From the NCBI GenBank assembly GCA_965262615.1, contig OZ253545.1, positions 384,001 to 448,000 of the forward strand: a stretch of DNA of 64,000 nt, read 5' to 3'. Origin of the DNA: Alphaproteobacteria bacterium (GTDB lineage: Bacteria > Pseudomonadota > Alphaproteobacteria > GM7ARS4 > G965262615). This document shows positions 60,716 through 64,000 of this stretch, one piece after another. Positions within the stretch are counted from its first letter, which is position 1. Each line of letters starts with the position of its first letter. Under the pieces are notes generated by a model. That model was not told where the DNA came from, ran no database searches, and saw nothing but the letters and a program-made list of their open reading frames with translations. Both the position numbers and the translations under genes were made by a program.

Positions 60716-62591
60716 TTGTGTGGGGCTCATCATGGCGATGGGTGCACAGGCACAAGGGCAGCCGTCAAGGGTTGCTCTGATTATGGACGACCAGCAGACG
60801 GTAACAGACACCATCACGCTTGGTATTCGTCTCCACATGGATGACGGATGGAAAACCTACTGGCGACACGGCGGTGATGCCGGACTGCCGCCTCATTTGG
60901 AATGGCACAAAACCGATGGTGTCCAAAACATTGCCTTGCAGTATCCCGCGCCACAAAAGTATCTCGATCACGGGCTGGAGACCATCGGTTATGCAAAAGA
61001 GGTGGTCTATCCCCTTGTCATTGAGACCAATGCTGATGCCGTCACCCTTGAGGGAACACTGGAATATGTGGTGTGTCGCGAGATTTGTCTGCCACTGACA
61101 CATCAATTGGATGCTCAGCTTGTGAATGGCAAGCCAGTCAAGGGAATTGAGGTGGATGGGATATCTTTGCAAAATGCTATGCGGCGTTTGCCCATCACGC
61201 ACAAACCCTATCCTTTTGAGGTGCGTGAGGCACAATGGGCGCGCCAGCATGATGGAAATCATGAGTGGCGCATCATGGCGACAAGACAAACGCCTTTTCA
61301 AAATCCCACCGTTTTTATTGAGACACTGCAATCTGGGCAAGATCAAGAGGGCAGCTTGTGGATTGGTGATGCCACGGTGCGCTTGTCTCAAGATGGCTCA
61401 CGGGCGTGGTTTCTCATGGCATCTGATGGCGAGCAAGACGCACCGCCTCAGCTGGCGCGTCTGACGGTGGTGGATGGCGATATGGCTGTGGAACAGACAA
61501 TGCCCGTCACATTCATTGTGCCGCAAAAAGAGACATCATCGTATTTTTTGTTGCTGCTCTTTGCTTTTGCGGGCGGGTTGATTTTGAATGTGATGCCGTG
61601 TGTGTTGCCGGTGCTGTCACTGAAGCTGCATGCCCTGCTGCGGCAAAATCATGATGCAACAACACCCCCGCGCCAATCCATGCTGTATCATGCGGTGGGC
61701 ATTTATGGGGCGTTTGGTTTGTTGGCATTGATGGTGTGGAGTCTGCAATCTGTGGGCGTGGCGGTGGGATGGGGTTTTCAGTTTCAAGAGCCAGTGTTCA
61801 TTGTGACCATGATGGTCATCATGCTGATTTTTGCCGCCCACTTGATGGGATGGATTCATGTGCGCGTTCCATCTCAATTGATGACCATGATGCCACGCGC
61901 CAGTGGTGACATTGCCAATGGAGCGTTTGCCACCCTGCTCGCGACTCCGTGTTCTGCGCCTTTTTTGGGGGTGGCGGTGGGATTTGCTCTGGTGGGAAGT
62001 GCCATGGACATGGCTTTGATTTTTGCCTTTGTTGCCACAGGATTTGCCGCGCCGTGGCTTGTGGTGGCGATGATGCCGCGCCTTTTATCGTATCTGCCGC
62101 GCCCTGGACAATGGATGGTGACCCTTGAGAGATTTTTCGCCGGGTTGTTGTTGCTCACGGCACTGTGGCTTGCCTCCATTGCCGCCACACAGTGGCAGCA
62201 GCGAGATGGTGAGACACGCGACTCTTTCTGGCACGATTTTACGCCAGAGAGCATTCATAATCATGTGGAGCAAGGACGGGTGGTCTTTGTGGATGTGACG
62301 GCTGATTGGTGTCTCACCTGTCGCGTCAATGAGGCGCGTGTGCTGAACACCGATGAGACGCGTGCATTGTTGTCCGAGCCGTCCGTGATTGCCATGCGCG
62401 CCGATTGGACACAGCGGGATGAATTCATCGGCACATGGCTGCAGTCTTTTGGTCGGTCGGCTTTGCCGTTTTATGTTGTGTTTGGAGAGGCTGCCCCTCG
62501 GGGAATTGTCTTGCCGGAATGGCTCACTCATGATACGGTGCACCGTGCTTTGATGAATGCCACAAACACACAAAAAGGGAGAGACTCATGA
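60693..62591 (+). CDS. dsbD: Protein-disulfide reductase, DsbD/ScsB family
   Basis: GWKTYWR..GDAG, CREIC, LNVMPCVLPV, ATPCSAPF, TADWCLTC. Confidence 0.88.
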   Translation: MNRHLLCSCVGLIMAMGAQAQGQPSRVALIMDDQQTVTDTITLGIRLHMDDGWKTYWRHGGDAGLPPHLEWHKTDGVQNIALQYPAPQKYLDHGLETIGYAKEVVYPLVIETNADAVTLEGTLEYVVCREICLPLTHQLDAQLVNGKPVKGIEVDGISLQNAMRRLPITHKPYPFEVREAQWARQHDGNHEWRIMATRQTPFQNPTVFIETLQSGQDQEGSLWIGDATVRLSQDGSRAWFLMASDGEQDAPPQLARLTVVDGDMAVEQTMPVTFIVPQKETSSYFLLLLFAFAGGLILNVMPCVLPVLSLKLHALLRQNHDATTPPRQSMLYHAVGIYGAFGLLALMVWSLQSVGVAVGWGFQFQEPVFIVTMMVIMLIFAAHLMGWIHVRVPSQLMTMMPRASGDIANGAFATLLATPCSAPFLGVAVGFALVGSAMDMALIFAFVATGFAAPWLVVAMMPRLLSYLPRPGQWMVTLERFFAGLLLLTALWLASIAATQWQQRDGETRDSFWHDFTPESIHNHVEQGRVVFVDVTADWCLTCRVNEARVLNTDETRALLSEPSVIAMRADWTQRDEFIGTWLQSFGRSALPFYVVFGEAAPRGIVLPEWLTHDTVHRALMNATNTQKGRDS

Positions 62592-63073
62592 CACAGAAGA
62601 AACAAGGAGACGCCATTCCCAGCACGGCACTCACCGTGATGGAGGCGGGTGCACCGTCACAATTATCGCTGCATGATGCGTCTCAAGGAAAGACCATTGC
62701 GGTGGTGGTGACACCGGGGGGATTCACGCCCACATGCTCCAATGACCACCTGCCGCCCTACATTGAGAAGGTGGCTCAATTGAACGAAAAGGGCGTTGAC
62801 GCGCTCTATTGTCTGAGCACCAACGATATTTTTGTGCTGACCGCATGGCACAAGCATCTGGGAGCTCCGTCTCAGCTGACGATGGTGAGTGATGGCAATG
62901 GTCACTTCACGAAAGAGATGGGCATGACGCTGGACCTTTCGTCTTTCGGCATGGGAATGCGTTCCAAACGCTATGTGATGGTGGTGCGCGACGGCACGAT
63001 TGAGCATCTTCTTGCCGAAGAAGGGGCGGGGCTTGAGCATGCAACGGCGGAGAAATTACTGGCAAGCCTGTAG
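62588..63073 (+). CDS. Peroxiredoxin (Prx5 type)
   Basis: [27 protein letters not shown]. Confidence 0.9.
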   Translation: MTQKKQGDAIPSTALTVMEAGAPSQLSLHDASQGKTIAVVVTPGGFTPTCSNDHLPPYIEKVAQLNEKGVDALYCLSTNDIFVLTAWHKHLGAPSQLTMVSDGNGHFTKEMGMTLDLSSFGMGMRSKRYVMVVRDGTIEHLLAEEGAGLEHATAEKLLASL

Positions 63074-63490
63074 CAGGGCGGTGCGCGCGGCTTCATCCAC
63101 CCGCTCATTGCGTTCATTGCCGGCGTGACCTTTCACCCAATGCCAATGGACATCATGCTTTTGGCTGGCGGCGTGCAGTCGTTGCCAGAGGTCTTGATTT
63201 TTCACCTCTTTTTTGTCTTTGGTGCGCCAGTTGTTCGCCATCCATGTGGGCAGCCACTGGGTGATGCCTTTTTGCACATAGCTGCTGTCGGTGTAGAGAT
63301 GCACCTCACAAGAACGGGTCAGCGTCTCCAGTGCCATGATGGCGGCGGTGAGCTCCATGCGATTATTGGTGGTGACAGATTCGTTTCCTGAAATGAGGCG
63401 TTCTTTGTGAGCGGCGGACAACAAAGCCGCCCAGCCGCCGCGCCCCGGATTGCCCGAACACGCCCCATCAGTATGAATCGTCACTTTCAT
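63056..63490 (-). CDS. rnhA: Ribonuclease HI
   Basis: [32 protein letters not shown]. Confidence 0.97.
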   Translation of the reverse strand: MKVTIHTDGACSGNPGRGGWAALLSAAHKERLISGNESVTTNNRMELTAAIMALETLTRSCEVHLYTDSSYVQKGITQWLPTWMANNWRTKDKKEVKNQDLWQRLHAASQKHDVHWHWVKGHAGNERNERVDEAARTALLQACQ

Positions 63491-64000
63491 GATTCGCCCC
63501 AGGCAATGGGATGGCAGGCATGAAAACGCAGGCGGGTGAGATAATCGTGCGGGTCTTTGACTTGATGAAGAGGTGATGCTGAACTCCAATCTTGCAGCCG
63601 CGTCAGCAAAAAACGCAAGGCACTGGCGCGCAAAGATACGGGGAGAAACTCTTTTTCCGACTCTTCAAAGGCGCGCACCGACTGATAGCCAGACCACAAA
63701 GCCTGTCCGCACGCAGCATCATAGCGATGAGACGAGTCAAAACACCACGCATTGACGGCAATGGCAAAGTCATAACACAGGGCATCATGACAGGCGAAAT
63801 AAAAGTCAATCACACCCACCAGCTGGTTGCTTTGAAAGAACACATTGTCGGGAAATAAATCGCCATGAATGATGCCCTTGGGGACATCGTCACGCCAGTG
63901 GGCTTGCAGAAAATTCAATTCCTGCTCAAGCACCAATGACAAGCCTTCTTGCCATTGGTCAATGTTTTGCTGCTCGTGCGTGATGATATCGCGCCATGCA
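63487..64000 (-). CDS. thrB: Homoserine kinase type II, 3' part (begins beyond window)
   Basis: [33 protein letters not shown]; thrB-rnhA order. Confidence 0.92.
   Translation of the reverse strand, partial: AWRDIITHEQQNIDQWQEGLSLVLEQELNFLQAHWRDDVPKGIIHGDLFPDNVFFQSNQLVGVIDFYFACHDALCYDFAIAVNAWCFDSSHRYDAACGQALWSGYQSVRAFEESEKEFLPVSLRASALRFLLTRLQDWSSASPLHQVKDPHDYLTRLRFHACHPIAWGES

Overview
Gene-dense chromosome segment of an alphaproteobacterium, judged from class I LysRS, type II ThrB, the sucAB-lpdA-xerC-priA-atpHAGDC order and the tRNA-Pro/complex I subunit/tRNA-Arg block. Proteins are divergent and intergenic DNA is almost absent. About 48 kb is housekeeping. The accessory part (3031-18471, next to tRNA-Arg) is a minus-strand virion structural module. 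It has a Mu-like protease, decoration protein, capsid and adaptor, a non-contractile tail with an intact -1 frameshift signal, a very short GTA-like tape measure, and hub/tip genes. No terminase, portal, transposase, integrase or lysis gene is visible in the window. Between the tail chaperone and tape-measure genes, on the opposite strand, lies a 5 kb AT-rich array of six paralogous secreted proteins. Each is built from 5-6 Cys-containing ~41-aa repeats that are homogeneous within a gene, different between genes, and shuffled as mosaic modules. This array inside an apparently domesticated phage module is the best candidate for an undescribed system. All product calls come from motif recognition by eye; no database searches were run.
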